From contig JAAILG010000804.1 in NCBI GenBank assembly GCA_012026655.1, positions 1 to 64,000 on the forward strand: a stretch of 64,000 nucleotides of DNA, written 5' to 3'. The notes below the pieces were generated by a model. The model did no database searches. It saw nothing but the letters and a program-made list of their open reading frames with translations, and was not told the DNA's origin. Both the position numbers and the translations under genes were made by a program. Of this stretch, positions 27,301-41,500 are shown piece after piece; positions within the stretch are counted from its first letter, which is position 1; every line of letters starts with the position of its first letter. Origin of the DNA: Hydrolagus affinis (taxonomy: Eukaryota).

Positions 27301-30300
27301 CCAGTTGACGCTCCGATTGTGGTACATTAATGACTGTCAATGCACGACTATAATAATAATAATAATACTAATCCTTGCATTTGATATAGTAGAGCTTTTC
27401 ACATGTTATCAATGTCGCAAAGTGCTTCACAGAATATACTGTAAAGTGAATCGACTGTAATGGGGAATTGCCATTAGAAGCTGATATTATCAATGTCACT
27501 ACTTCTAACTAACTGGTCTCCAGCACAGTCTCTTCAGCCTTTGTGGCCAGGTTTGGGATAATCCATAATGCAAAACCAGCAGAATTAGTTCCTTTCGTGT
27601 GGTTAGATATTTCAGAATATAGCCAAGGAGTTTGAACGAACTCCTTAACTCCTGTCTTCAATTGCCAAAGGCCACGTATTGCAGCCTCCCGACGTGAAAG
27701 GCGCTCTATAAGAGTAATTTTGTTGTTGTTTGTTGTTGTATGTGTCAAATGTCCTCAGATAAGGACACATTTTAGAGGTTACTTGCATGATAAGTAAAAT
27801 CCTAATCCCCGAGTGCAAGGAAGTAGGCTCCATAGTGATTTTTTTTTTGTAATTATGCATTGGCAGCATATATGGCAGATATATGCTGGCAAATAATGAC
27901 ATTGTTTGCAGGCATAATGAATACAGTATAGCAAATGCGTTCATTTTAACACCTCTACATTACTGCTTACGATATTTTACGGTTGACAGGTTTAATAATG
28001 ATGCATATTAAAACAGTGCTTCGTCACACAATCGAGACATCTCAACAGACTTTCACAGTATTTACAGTAAAGCGTAGTTGCCTATATGATTATATGCGAA
28101 CGCGGGAGCCAATTTGCACCCGCCAGAAGGCGAGTGACCAATTCTATCTGGGAGATTGTTGGCCAAGGAACCAGGAGAAACTCCCTTCTCTGCTTGCAAA
28201 GATTGGCAACGTAAGAAGGTGTCCAGTGACTTGCACATATTACAAAGAAGTCCTTTCACTTCCAAACTTCTTATGATATCTTTATATTAATTGCTTTAAG
28301 GATCTGCTTTGCTGAATCTGTCACAATCAACACTTTTGTTCAGAGGAAGCAGGGTCCTGACCTTGGATTTTGTTAACCTCTCCCTTCCGTAAATTGATTT
28401 TTGTGTGAAATACAGCTCTATAACAAACAGACACATCCCCTACTTGAGGAACATTCATGTATCCCATTTTACTTGTGTATTTATCAATGACGTATTATTT
28501 GTTTGTGGGGTTAATCACTTCAATTTGTTTCCTCAAGCTCGATCTATTCTAAATATTGCAAAACTTTGTTGTTCTTTGACATCTCTAGCCTCCAGAATGG
28601 TTAAACTCGGCAAAGAAAGGCAGCGTTCATGTCAACTTTCACTTGAAAGATAAATCAATTCTTAAACGAATTTCCAATGTTTTTAGGAAACGAAGCAGTT
28701 TTGCAGTGTGGCCAGGCTGCAGAGAACGGTCAAAACCAGAGAAAACCGTCTTCTGAGGCAAAACCAAACAGTCAGCAAGGGGCAGAGGACCTTCCAGGAC
28801 CTACTGACACCCAGCAACTGGTCTCCAATGAGGGAAAAGGCACCCGGCAGATCACTGGCTCGGAACTCATTCAACAGCATTTTAAAGCGTTGTTTATCAA
28901 GCGATTCAAACGGGCTACTCGCAGTTGGAAGGACTTCTTTGCCCAGGTACATTGCAAGGTTGTGCTGTTCTTGGTTGGCCCTTAGATATAATATGCCACT
29001 GGTTAGCTCTGTGTGTGTGTGTACACAACTAGCGTACATAACTTTGTAACTGATAAAAGTACAGTTGTAGTAACTTCCAGAATATCAGTTCAACGGTCCT
29101 ATTTTGTGTGTGAGCATCTACGGTTGGAAGAGGAATTGCAGCTTAGCCCAATTCTATCACCCAATGTCTACACAGTTGCCCTTTCAATTTAATCCAGAGC
29201 CCTGAGCTCATTGCCAGTTCTCCTACCAACACTGCTGCTGAGATCAGCTAATACAGCACAGGACAGAGATCATAGTTAGGTTCTCTCTGGTCCATATGAC
29301 TCCACATATGAGCAGTATATTTACCAACCGTATTTTATAAAACTCACTTTCTTGTTTTTTAAACTAACCAGTGTTATTGACCTTCATCGTAAATATTTAT
29401 TGTGATATTATATTAATAATAATCCTTGAATTTGATATAGTACTTTTCATGTCTTCTAGACGTCTCAAAGCGCTTCACAGATTATACTGTAAAGTGAATT
29501 GACTGTATTTGTGGGCGAAATACACCGTCATAATAATCACCTCTAAGATTTACACAAATACACAGTCATAATCACCTTTAAGATTTCTGACAGGTTCTAG
29601 TAATCCAAGATGTAACATCTATCGTCCTTTCTTCAAAGGTGGTCCTTCCGGCAAATTTTGTGCTGTTGGCTCTAATCTTCACGCTTATTGTCCCTCCGTT
29701 TGGTGAATATAAAAGTTTAACACTCCACCCGTGGATGTATGGAAAACAATATACCTTCTTCAGGCAAGGATACATTCTGGCATTTTATTTAATTGTGTCT
29801 TCATCTGGGTTTGTTACAAAATTTATACGCATTTATTCAAACAATTTAATTATAGTACAACAACTGCCCCTCAAACTCATGCTTAGTAGAACATTTGAAA
29901 AGCAATTCAAGGTGAAAAATATGATTAGGGTTGTGAGATTGTCCTTGATAAGATCAGATTACTTGCTCCATTTCTCATCCCTTTTGTTAGAGTTTGACTG
30001 CTAACAATTTTTCAAATGAATAATTTTGTTCCATTTAAATTTAGATTTTTATTTCTGATCCAGAAATTAATTTGACACAATCCAAGCTTTTATAAGGATT
30101 TTTATTTATTTTGCAATAAATCTAGCCTGATCTTAGGGAGTCATGGTGTAACTTTGTAAGTATAGGAAGCACGTTTGTTTATTAAATGACATGACTTCCA
30201 TATGATTATTTATTTATGGTGAAGGAAAGCTATGTATCTTCCACCTGCCTTGTATGCATTGTTATACCTCCGACATTGTTATACAATGCATACAATGATG

Positions 30301-33300
30301 AGCAGTGATTTCTAAAGAAATGTCAAATGTAAGGAAACCAAGTCAAATTCCTTTTGATAACTGGAAGTAAGAATGCACGTTATTCAGACTCCCAGAAACT
30401 TAGCTCTAAAAGTAGATTGCCTCAGAATAAAGTTGCGATAAGTTTTGCGGGATGCGCTTAAGTATTCCCTATTAAAGACATTATTATATTAGAAATGGCC
30501 CGATACATACAGTATTAATCTCCAAAAGTTGCTCTTAATTTTTGCAGCAATGAGCGTCCGTACAATAAGAACCTCAATCATCTGATTGACTTGATGGTGA
30601 ATAAACCTGGCTTTGGAACTCGCTGCATGAAACCGAATTCCCTGGAGTAAGGCGATTTTTATTCACATTGTTGCAGGATTAAGTTTGGATTTGCCTTTCT
30701 AGTGCGGGTTATTAATGTTCAAAATTTTATTTCAATGTTCCATGGCTTTGTCCCGGAAAATAATTTGATTTTCATTTGGACAGGAATTATCCCTGCAGTA
30801 ATCAGTCAGCGCAATGGGTGACTCCAGTTCCGCATCCCACTGTTGCCAACGTTCTTCAATCCCCATTCTGGAGCACAAGAAATCCCTCCCCATCCTGTCA
30901 ATGTAGCACATATAAGAAGCTAATTATGCTGCCTGAATGTTCCCCAGGAGCCGGTGGATTACCTCCACCACAGGTATTACAATTTAATAATAATAATAAT
31001 AATCCTTTCATTTGATACCGCGCTTGCATTTCTCACCTCTCTGAGACATCTCAAAGAGCCTCACAGAATGTCCTGTATAGTGCGTTGGCTGTGTATTTTG
31101 TAGGTGAAACACGGCAATCATTTGCGCACAGCAGTGTCCCACAGACACTCGTGGATTGAGTGACTACATTGTCATTTATTTATTTGGGGAGGGTTTATTA
31201 GCCCCAGAAAGCGTTCCACCATTCGACTCACAAGCAGGTTCCTAGTTACTGCTGGGTAAACAGAGGCGTGTGGAGCAAGGAAACTTGTCCAACTGTTCGC
31301 CCTGACTGGAATCGAACCCAGATCCTCTTGATTCCAAAGCAAGCGCTCTAACCACTATGTTACTGGATTCCACAATTTAAGACGTACGAAGCAGACTCTT
31401 TGAATTTTGCCTGTATTTCCAGTGCTGGTTGTGGCTTCTGTATTTAACTGGGACATTTCTTCTGTAAAATAAAAGACTGCAATATAAAACCGAAATTCAG
31501 AGGTCAAGAGACAAAATATTACAGCTACGTGTTTAGCCTTAATTCACCAAAAGTCTTTTATTTTTAACGTGTAATAAAAGTTATGGATCATTTTACACAA
31601 TCAGTTGTTCTCCCATTTCACAGAGAATCCAACCCACCACTGACATCCTTCAGAATCTCACCCAAAGAAACATATCGGACTTCTTAGTGAAAACTTATCC
31701 TAATCTAATCAGGAGCAGGTAAGGATAGTTGTTCATTGCAGCAAATATTCAAGCTCTCAGCCACAGCAGTTTAAACAGATTTTTAAAAAATATCTAAATT
31801 GCATATATCCGCAGATTATTAACTGGTTTGAATCAGTTCATCAGCTCTGGATTTTGTTTTTTTTTTAAAAAAAGGCTTCTGATCACTTTTAAGTATTAAC
31901 TTTCTGTCTGTTATTTTCCTTTTAATTCCAGCATGAAAAGCAAATACTGGGTTAATGAACAAAGGTATTGAATTATTTTCTACCTGCGCTGTAAATCCTG
32001 CTATATTTAGAACCTAAATAAATGGAAGTGTATTATTATTATTCTCTTACACACAAATAAAGGTTATAACTGTCTGTTGCAAATGACAGTATTGTTCAAA
32101 TTCAATTTGAAATGCAAAAAAAGTTAAAACCATTTATTATTATATCACACGTACATTTTTCTCAGCCTTCCCCTCCCATTCTAATTTACTGCTTTAATAT
32201 ATTCAGCAATGTGTAGCTCAGTGACTCCCCTATGAAGTTTCACTTATTTATTAACTTTCAACATTTTTCTGAAGCCAAATTAATTGCTTGCGAATGACAT
32301 ATTTGAGGGATTTCCTACATGTATGTACACATGGTTTGCACAACCTGTAAATTAGACCCACCGTGTGCAAATGGTAGATTTATTGTCTCTAATGTTAACT
32401 TTTCCAATGCCAAAGCTCTGTTTAAAAAAAAGGAAGCGCATTCACTCCCGTTTTCCTGATGATTCAGATACGGTGGGATATCAGTGGGAGGAACGCTTCC
32501 AATTTTGCAAGTGGACACCAAACTGATTGGCGCTATTTTCACTCAAATGGGTCGAATGCTCAACATCACTGGGGTAGGTGACGGACTCTTATTTATTTCT
32601 TTGCCCTCCGCCCCTCCTCCCCCCGCCCTACCACAGTTCAGTTGTTTCATTTGACATATGGAAGTGCTTGTTGCATTGAGTCAAATTGTGAAGGTGCCTG
32701 TGCGAAGGTTAGAGTATTGCTCCCTCTAGTGATTTGCATGGTTTGCTTCTGTGTTTCATTGCTGTTTCAGGGGAACAGGATAGGCCTACCTTTCATTTTA
32801 GCCCCCCAAACCTTTCAGTGATTGACTGTTTCTTTTGTTCCAGGACACTTATACACAGGTAACTTTTCGAGATCTCAACGAGTTCCTGAAGTACATGGAG
32901 ACCGAAGAAAATATTAAGGTGCATTTCTGAACACTAATGTTTTGCATTCATCTATTATATTCATATTTTCACAATATATTAATTTATTAAAAAGTACTGG
33001 GTACAATTTGCTGCGTTTCTTGAGGTATTAATTAACACAAGGAATGCATTATGGAATGCTGTCAAAATAAAATTTAATCCGTATTATTTCCTGTAGTTAT
33101 TTGCGGACCTCGTTATTGCACCTCTGCTCCTCAGAGGATCTGTTTTGAAGCTGAGTGGGATAAAGTTGGTGTCTTGTGAGTGCTCAGGGGTGGGTTAATG
33201 TCACCGCTATGGGTTTCTCCTCTTGGACAAACTGAGATCAACAAGTTATTATTTAGGGAGTCACAGGTGTAGTCTGTGTCTACCACAGTTTGCTTTAATC

Positions 33301-36300
33301 AAGAGGACATGGGTTCAGAGATGTTTTTTTTACCCAGTGAGTAATTAATGACTGGAACAGGTTATCAACAAGGACGATGGACTCATTTGAAAAACAAATT
33401 TTATGCTATAAATATGGTGGGTGTTCTGAAACCATGAGATGAAATGAGATGAAGAGCATTCTTCATCCGTAGCTCTCTTAGTAATCTTGTGTCTCTATAA
33501 AAATGGTGTAATGAAAGGTTAGTGAGATCAGTCTTGCAGCATGAAGCTGCTGTATCCCAAAGTAGATGTTCAGTCAAACTCAGGCACTCATGATTTCAAT
33601 GGTGTTTCCAGCAGTTTGAATCTCTAATTATTAACCTTGACTATGAAACTGACCTGTGATGTGTTGGAACAGTTTGCTCTATTTAAAACACTGATGCAGA
33701 GATCTAATCTGTTCCAGGTGTGGTTCAACAATAAAGGTTGGCATGCCATGGTTTCATTCATGAATACTGCCAACAATGCTATTCTTCGAGCAAACCTACA
33801 ACCCAAGCTTGATCCAGAGGAGTACGGCATAACCATTATAAACCATCCGCTGAACCTCACTAAAGAACAGCTTTCAGAAGTCACTGTGTAAGTTACAACA
33901 ATAATAACTTGCAGTTATATAGTGCTCTTCACCCTGGATGGCATCTCAGAGAGTGTGAACTCAGAGAACTCAGAGTCACTTAGACCACAATAGCCACAAT
34001 TTATAAACACAAAGAGCCTTAATGTTAAAAAAAAATGTCGTTTAAAGTAATAATAATCCTTGCATTTGTTATAGCACTTTTCATGTCTTCTAAATGTCTC
34101 AAAGTAGTGTCCCAGAAAGGGGATTGATTGACCAATTTATTATTGTTTTACTTCTTGAGCGATTATTATCAGGTGTGTGGAGCAAGGAAACTTACCCAAG
34201 GTTTCGCCCTGGTTGGGAATTGAACCCAGGTCTCTCGCTTGCGAGGCGAGTGCTCTCACCACTGAGCTACAGGACTCCACAAATCTCTGGGACACAGCAG
34301 TCTGAGTGACAACTCTTGTGATTTTTCTGAGTCTGTAGCTCTGTCACATTCACTGCATTCTCCCTTTCCCTGAGCTTGTATATTACTGGTCCGTTGAACT
34401 TGTCTTTTTCAGACTCACTACTTCTGTGGATGCAGTGGTTGCAATCTGTGTTATCTTCGCCATGTCGTTTGTCCCGGCGAGTTTTGTGCTCTACCTTATT
34501 CAAGAGAGGGTTTCAAGCTCTAAGCACCTGCAGTTTATCAGTGGAATGAGCCCCACCACTTATTGGGTGGTCAACTTCATTTGGGATATGGTACGTCCCA
34601 ACCAGCACATCACCATCGAGATTGTAGGAGAATTAAACCCAAATAGCTGCTGTAGATGATGATAATAATAATACAGTAAACCTTGCGTTTAATATAGCAA
34701 TATTCACATCATCTAGACGTCTCAAAGAGCTTCAAAGAATATACTGTAAAGTGAATTGATTGTATATTTCTGGGTGAACTGCCTAATGTCCCACAAACAG
34801 TCGTGGATTGAGTGACAAAATTATTTTTGTGTTTTTTTTCTTGAGGGATTATTACCAGGCATGTGGAGTAAGGAAACTTGCCCAAGGTTTCACCCTGCCA
34901 GGGTTTGAACCCAGGTCTCTGGCTTGCAAGGCGAGTGTTCCAACAACTGAGCTACAAGACTACAAGGGCTCTGTACCTGTAGCATTGAATTTCAAACTTA
35001 GTTTGAAGAAGGTGGTTAGTTGTCCCTAACCGTCTCCTTCAAACCAATTGACTGAACCTGAAGGATTCTCTGTGAATGCACAGAACAGCAGCCTCGTGAT
35101 TGTACAAATCCCTTATGACTGTTATAATGATCCCGAGTGAATGTGTTCTGCCGGACTGTCCTAGCAATGCTACCATGTTGGAAGCCATTATTCCTTGCTC
35201 ATCGTAGAGATTGTCGGAAGTGTGGTGTGAATAAGGACTGTAGATATTCCATCGTTAATAATGAGATGCAGCATTTGGAGCATTGCTAACTGGTGACCGA
35301 CGCTTAAACTTGAATGTGTCTTTGTCTCTCAGTGCAACTATTCAGTGACCACATTCTTGGTGGTTCTAATCTTCATCGGTTTCAATAAGAAAGCTTACAC
35401 CTCGCTGACTAACTTGCCCGCTCTCATCACTTTGCTGTTGCTCTATGGGTAAGGCAGGGTTTCTGGACTTCGCACACTTTTCTGTTTCACAGATCTTCTT
35501 GTAGCTTTGATTTGCCACCTACATCAAAACACAAAAAGCGTTTAAAAACTCGTCTCTTTTCTTTCCTCCCCCAGATGGTCTGTAACTCCGATGATGTATC
35601 CCGCGTCCTTTGTGTTCAGTGTTCCCAGCACTGCGTATGTGGTCCTCTCCTGTATTAATCTATTCATTGGGATCAATGGCAGTGCAGCTACCTTTGTTCT
35701 CGAGCTGTTTGAAAATAACAGGGTAGGTTCTTTGGGGTTTTGTATGCGTTTACCAAGTCGATGCTAATTGTTTGGGGGAAAACGAATTGTCTCACCAGAA
35801 CCTGTGACTTCTGGTTACAAAATGACTGGACTAAAATGGCAACTGGCGTCCTATTCATATACTATCCTTTCAAATGCAATGATTGAGTCATTCAGATCAC
35901 AAATCCCTGACTGTCCAGCCACCTTTGGATGTCCTCCCGACGTGAAAGGCACAATACAAGTGTAATTGTGTATTGTATAACAGACCAGATTTGATCATGC
36001 AACTGTGAAGTTCAAAGGAGGGCAATTGATATCAGTGTGCGTGATATTATTCTCATGTTAAGCGCTCTGGGACGCTACCCAGTGTGGAGGGAGCAAGTTG
36101 TCATTGTTGTCTTTGTTGTTGTTGTCTTTGTTGTTGTGGTCTTAAGACTGGAAAGATCAGGGCTCCCACTCCTGGTTACTCTTTGTGGCACTGGTGGAAG
36201 GTTCAAATGTATTGACAATTGGTCAGTTTGGGGGTTTGGGCTCAGCTGATACAGCTCTCCCAACTTCCCAGTTCAATAGTCCACTCAATTGCCGTGCAGG

Positions 36301-38463
36301 TGGGTGATATGCCACAGAGGCATCCAATGTACAGTATTGAAATGGCTGAATAACGAAAGGTTAGCGAGAAGAGAAAAGAAAAATTACGGTCAAGCGAAAA
36401 AGAATGAAAGTTTCCTTGGACTGAAATAAATACAGGCAATTGATACTGGCTTAGAGTTTCAGCAATAAATTGGTTGAGTGGTTCTTGTTGTACTCTAAAT
36501 CAAGAGAGGCGAGCTCTTCGAAAATCAGATTGAATAAAATGCTGCTTCTGTTAAACTCGTTGCCAGATAGATATGGGTGATTGCTTTATTCTTAGATGAG
36601 CCTGAATGTGTATAAAACGACATGGGCAATGTTTCAACAGGGTTTTTTCTGGCAGTGGATGAATAGGGAACATAAGATACATTCAGTAATTTGTGCCTAC
36701 TGGATGTACTATACATTTACATATTAGAATGCACCCCACACGTACAGTAATAACTCTCAAACAACCAGTAACCCGGACTTCAAAGTCATCTGCTAAACGG
36801 AGGCCTTTCCTAAGTAATGTAAACCCTTATTTTAGGAAATTACATTACAGTATACAGTTCAGTACATAATAATAATCCTTGCGTTTGATATAGCACTTTT
36901 TACGTCTTCTAGACATCTCAAAGCGCTTTACAGAATATACTGTAAAGTGAATTGACTGTATATTTGTGGGAAAACTGCATAGTGCGCATATGTGCAAGCA
37001 ACTGCCAGAAAAGGGAACTAGATGGACCTTTGCCTATTTAGGTCTAGCATTTCTTATGTTGCGCGTGTGTTTTTTTTTAACCATTCTCAATTTACTGAAC
37101 TCGTGTAAAGGACTTGAGTCAGTTCTCTCCGCCACTTAGTCACATAGCTCTGCAAAGTCCATCTCCTGCCTGCACAAATGCTCATTCATTTCTCTCTACA
37201 TGTGAAGCATGTTTGCACCTGAAGAGTAATAACATGGTTACAATGCAAATAGGTGACCAATGTCGATGGTATTAATTGTGTTCTCGTTCCAATGTAAGAA
37301 CATTCTGTCACTAGAGCTCCAGCAATTGGTTTTCTTTATGCTAATGTCAAACAGTTTGTATTCTCATTCCACTCAGCACACAGTGTGCTTTATGAACTGA
37401 TTAAGGCTGAGACACTGTAGTGTGTTTCATCTTCTTCAAAATAGAGAATAAAATCTATCCCATTGTTAATTCAGGCCCGTTACTAATTCATCTCTTCACG
37501 CCCTGGCAGCACCCCCTCTCCCCCCCCCCCCCCCCCGCACCCCACCACCTTCTGTGACCTCCTCACTCCCCAATCCACCGCTCGACTGGCACCGGCCTCC
37601 TGCTTGTCCCTCGCACCCTCCGCCCCGCCATCAGAGGTCGCGCTTTCAGCCACTACATCCCGAAACTCTGGAACACTCTCCCTCAATCCCTCCGCCTCGC
37701 CCTTCTCTCCACTTTTTCAAATCCGGCCTGAAAATCTACCTCTTCGACCGTGCTTACAGCCACTTCTTACCAACCCCAGCTCGGTGTCAGCCTCCACTAC
37801 TGTTAAGTGCTTTGAGATGTCACTCTGCATGGAGACATCATATAAGTTGTTGTCATATATAAGTCCAAGTTGTTGTACTAAAAATATAAGTGATTGCAGT
37901 TGAATTCTTTTGAGGCTTTTCCATGCATTAATGCCAGTCTCTAGTATAGTACTGTAAAGTATTATTCAATATGCAAGTGGAATCACCGCATTTAACTTTA
38001 GAATTACAGTTGAAGATACTTGGATCTGTCTAAACCAGCCATCATTCACTATTGAATGTATCAACAGATTTTGAGAATACAGTACATATCACATACAAGA
38101 ATTTATCTCTTTCGGTTATTTATATTGTACGTGTTTTTATACTGAATAATAGTCTTTAGTAGTTTCTCTGTATCTGTAACAAAACAGGAGTGGTACTAAT
38201 GCTGTTCTTGTCGTTTCAGACTTTGCAAAAGGTCAACGCAATGTTGAAAAATATTCTGATAATATTTCCACATTTCTGCCTGGGAAGAGGTTTAATTGAT
38301 ATGGCTATGAATCAAGCTGTGACCGATGTATATGCTAGATTTGGTAAGTCTTATATTACGGGCGGAAGTGATTATGTTTTATGATCTAGAATTCAGCGGT
38401 GTCAAAAGTTTTAGAGTAAATTAGAAATTCAGAATATTTCAACTAACAAGCTCAGAGCTTCTG

Positions 38464-38519
<56 letters not shown>

Positions 38520-41500
38520 TATGTATAATGTGAAATTTTTAACTCAAATACTAACGATATTGGCTGTAGCATTGACCAGAGCTGAGGAAAGTCATCTGGA
38601 GGTAATCTATACTGCATCCTCATTTCCCGTGGAAGATAGGAATCTATTACCATGTGTTAAGATTACAGAAATGTTCTTATTCACTTAGAAACACCCCTGA
38701 GATTATGTGTTTGTTAATGTACTGAATCAAACCCTTCCAGGTGAAGACTTTTATTTCAATCCTTTCCATTGGGACTTCCTTGGTAAGAACATGGCTGCCA
38801 TGGCAATTGAGGGAGTTGTGTACTTTGCGCTCAATCTTCTTTTCCAACACCGGTTCTTCCTCTCCTACTGGTAAGTTTTGAGATTTCTCGAAAGTAATGC
38901 TAACTTGTGAATCTTTTCTTCTGATTGAATGACTACAGTGAAGCCTTATAATGATCCTTATAACCCTTGCATTTGATACAGCGCTTTGTCACGTCTTCGA
39001 GATGTCTCAAAGCGCTTTCCAGAATCTACTATCAAGTGAATTGACTGTATATTTTGTGGGCAAAACACAGCAGCCAAAATGCAGTGTCCCACAAACAATC
39101 GTGGATTGAGTGACTGTATTAATATTATTTATTTATTATTAATAGCCTTCACTATTGTGATAAATTAGGATAAACTAGAAAGAACAATATTCTCCTCTTC
39201 AATTTTCCATCCAGCCTCAAATTCTTCATCACCACTTAACTACAACTGATTACAGATCAGTTCTGTACAGATCTCTACAGATAAACTGCTATGTGTTGCT
39301 CTTCAAATGATGTCTTCTTGTTTGATGTAGGTCGTCCATGCCAACCACCCTACCTGTTATTGAAGAAGATGAGGATGTAGCTCTTGAGAGGGAGCGAATT
39401 ACTAAGGGCATCAGTAAGAATGACATTCTAAAAATAAAGGAACTCAGCAAGGTGAGGGCAAAATGAATGTTCCAATTTCAGGATGTAGATGTTTTGCACT
39501 TATGAAATCGAGGTGTTTCTGGCGCTAAATTTGGACCTTGTTTCTTACAGTATTACATGGGCAAAACAAAACCAGCTGTGGACAGACTCTGTATGGGTGT
39601 TCGACCAGGAGAGGTAAGTGTGTGTAACCTATGGAAATATATGTTAGCCTCAAATTATACATCAATGTGTCATAAAAGCTGCAGTCACAGGGAAGGCCCT
39701 TTATCTTAACCACTCACAGACTCATTATCTTAAACACTCATTTTCTTCTGTGCTTAGTGCTTTGGACTATTGGGTGTCAACGGTGCTGGAAAGACAACTA
39801 CCTTCAAAATGCTGACTGGTGACACAGATCCCTCTTCAGGAGATGCCTCGATTGCTGGCTATAGGTACACACACGCACGCGCACACACACGTGCACACAC
39901 AATAAATAGCAAGAACCATTGCCACAAGCTTATAGACAGAACCCAACGATATGCCCTTCAAAATATCCTATTAGTTCAGTTGAAATCCATCATAAAACAC
40001 GTCGATTGCTTTCTAGTTCAGTACAAGCATAATAGTTGACAAACGGGTGCGTAACTAACAGCTGTGTTTTGTGTTAAACAGTGTTGTTTTCACTGGGATG
40101 TTCTCATACTGTGTGATTCCACCCTCCCCCCAGCATTCACACCAATATACACGAAGTGCACCAGAACACGGGCTACTGTCCGCAGTTTGATGCCATCGAT
40201 GAGCTGCTCACAGGCCGGGAACATCTGTTTCTCTACGCACGTCTGCGAGGTGTCCCAGAAGATGAGATTGAAAGGGTAATTCTGCTCATGTTTAGCATTG
40301 CTTATGATCTTGGGAACCTGCAGTACATTCATGAGCCAGGAAGACAAGCAAACAATGGGCAGCAAGGACTTTGACGTAATCGTTCCTTGTCCAACAACTT
40401 GCATTTCCATAGCACATTTCACACATGGTAATGTCTGAAAGTGTTTGATTGAGTTGGAGCAGGGAAGGTTAAAGGGAAGAGCTGAGGGAAGCGACGCAGT
40501 AGAAGAGGATTTACGAACACACACAGTCACTACGCTTCGCACTAAATCCTGTGCCGAGCTTTGAAATCCTCTTGAAAATTCCTGTGCATAATAAATGGAA
40601 AGAGAGGGCCTCAGCAATGCTATTTCAGACTTTAAAAGTGTTAAATTACATCCCTTACAGTAACCTCAAGGCAAATTCTTAAATTAAGTGTTGACATATA
40701 ATGTGCGCCTGGTTAAAATGTGAGTGCTTAAAGGTTTCAAATTCTGAACAATAATTTGCCTTTACAAAACGTCCTTCACACGAGAAGTGATTTGGAGTGT
40801 TTAATCATATATTCCCAAAATTGTGCAACATGATGTTATGCTGATAATGGCTCAAATTGAATCTCATTGTCTTGGTTCAATCGACGTATCCTCAGGAACT
40901 CGCTAGTCATTCCAAAACCAGGAACAATGTGTGTTTCAATCCAGCAAGGCAGGGCGAACCCTTAGGCAAGTTTCCTTACTCCACACACCTAATAATAATC
41001 CCTCAAATAATAATCTGTTATTTCAATCCACGACTGTTTGTGGGACGCTGCTGTGCGCAATTGCCTGCCGCATTTCGCCCACAAATATACAGTCAATTCA
41101 CTTAATAGCATATTCTGTGAAACGCTTTGAGATGTCTAGAAGACATGAAAAGCGCTATACCAAATGCAAGGATTATTTTTATTAGTGTTGTCTTGGCAAC
41201 AATTTTAAGATGTTCAGGATTTGGAGTTATCATCTTTGAATGTTACAAAAGAGTTTGCACAACTTATTTAGCTGTCACATTATTTTCAAAAGGACCGTGT
41301 GAATTATTGCTTCCATTTTTCCTGGAAATGGCCTAATTTCACACTTGAAACCGATCACCACAGCATGAAACTATGTCTTATTTCTGTTCCAATATGCTGA
41401 CTAAGAAATGCTCTGTGTAAAAACAATGACCCTCTTTTATGTTTGAACACACTGACTAAGAAATGAACTGTGATTCAATTCAATCAATTTCCTGCCACCT

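Noticed and set aside
40090-40617. Longest ORF in the track (175 aa, - strand)
   Set aside because: Overlaps ABCA4 exon 44 antisense; no recognisable domain or splice structure
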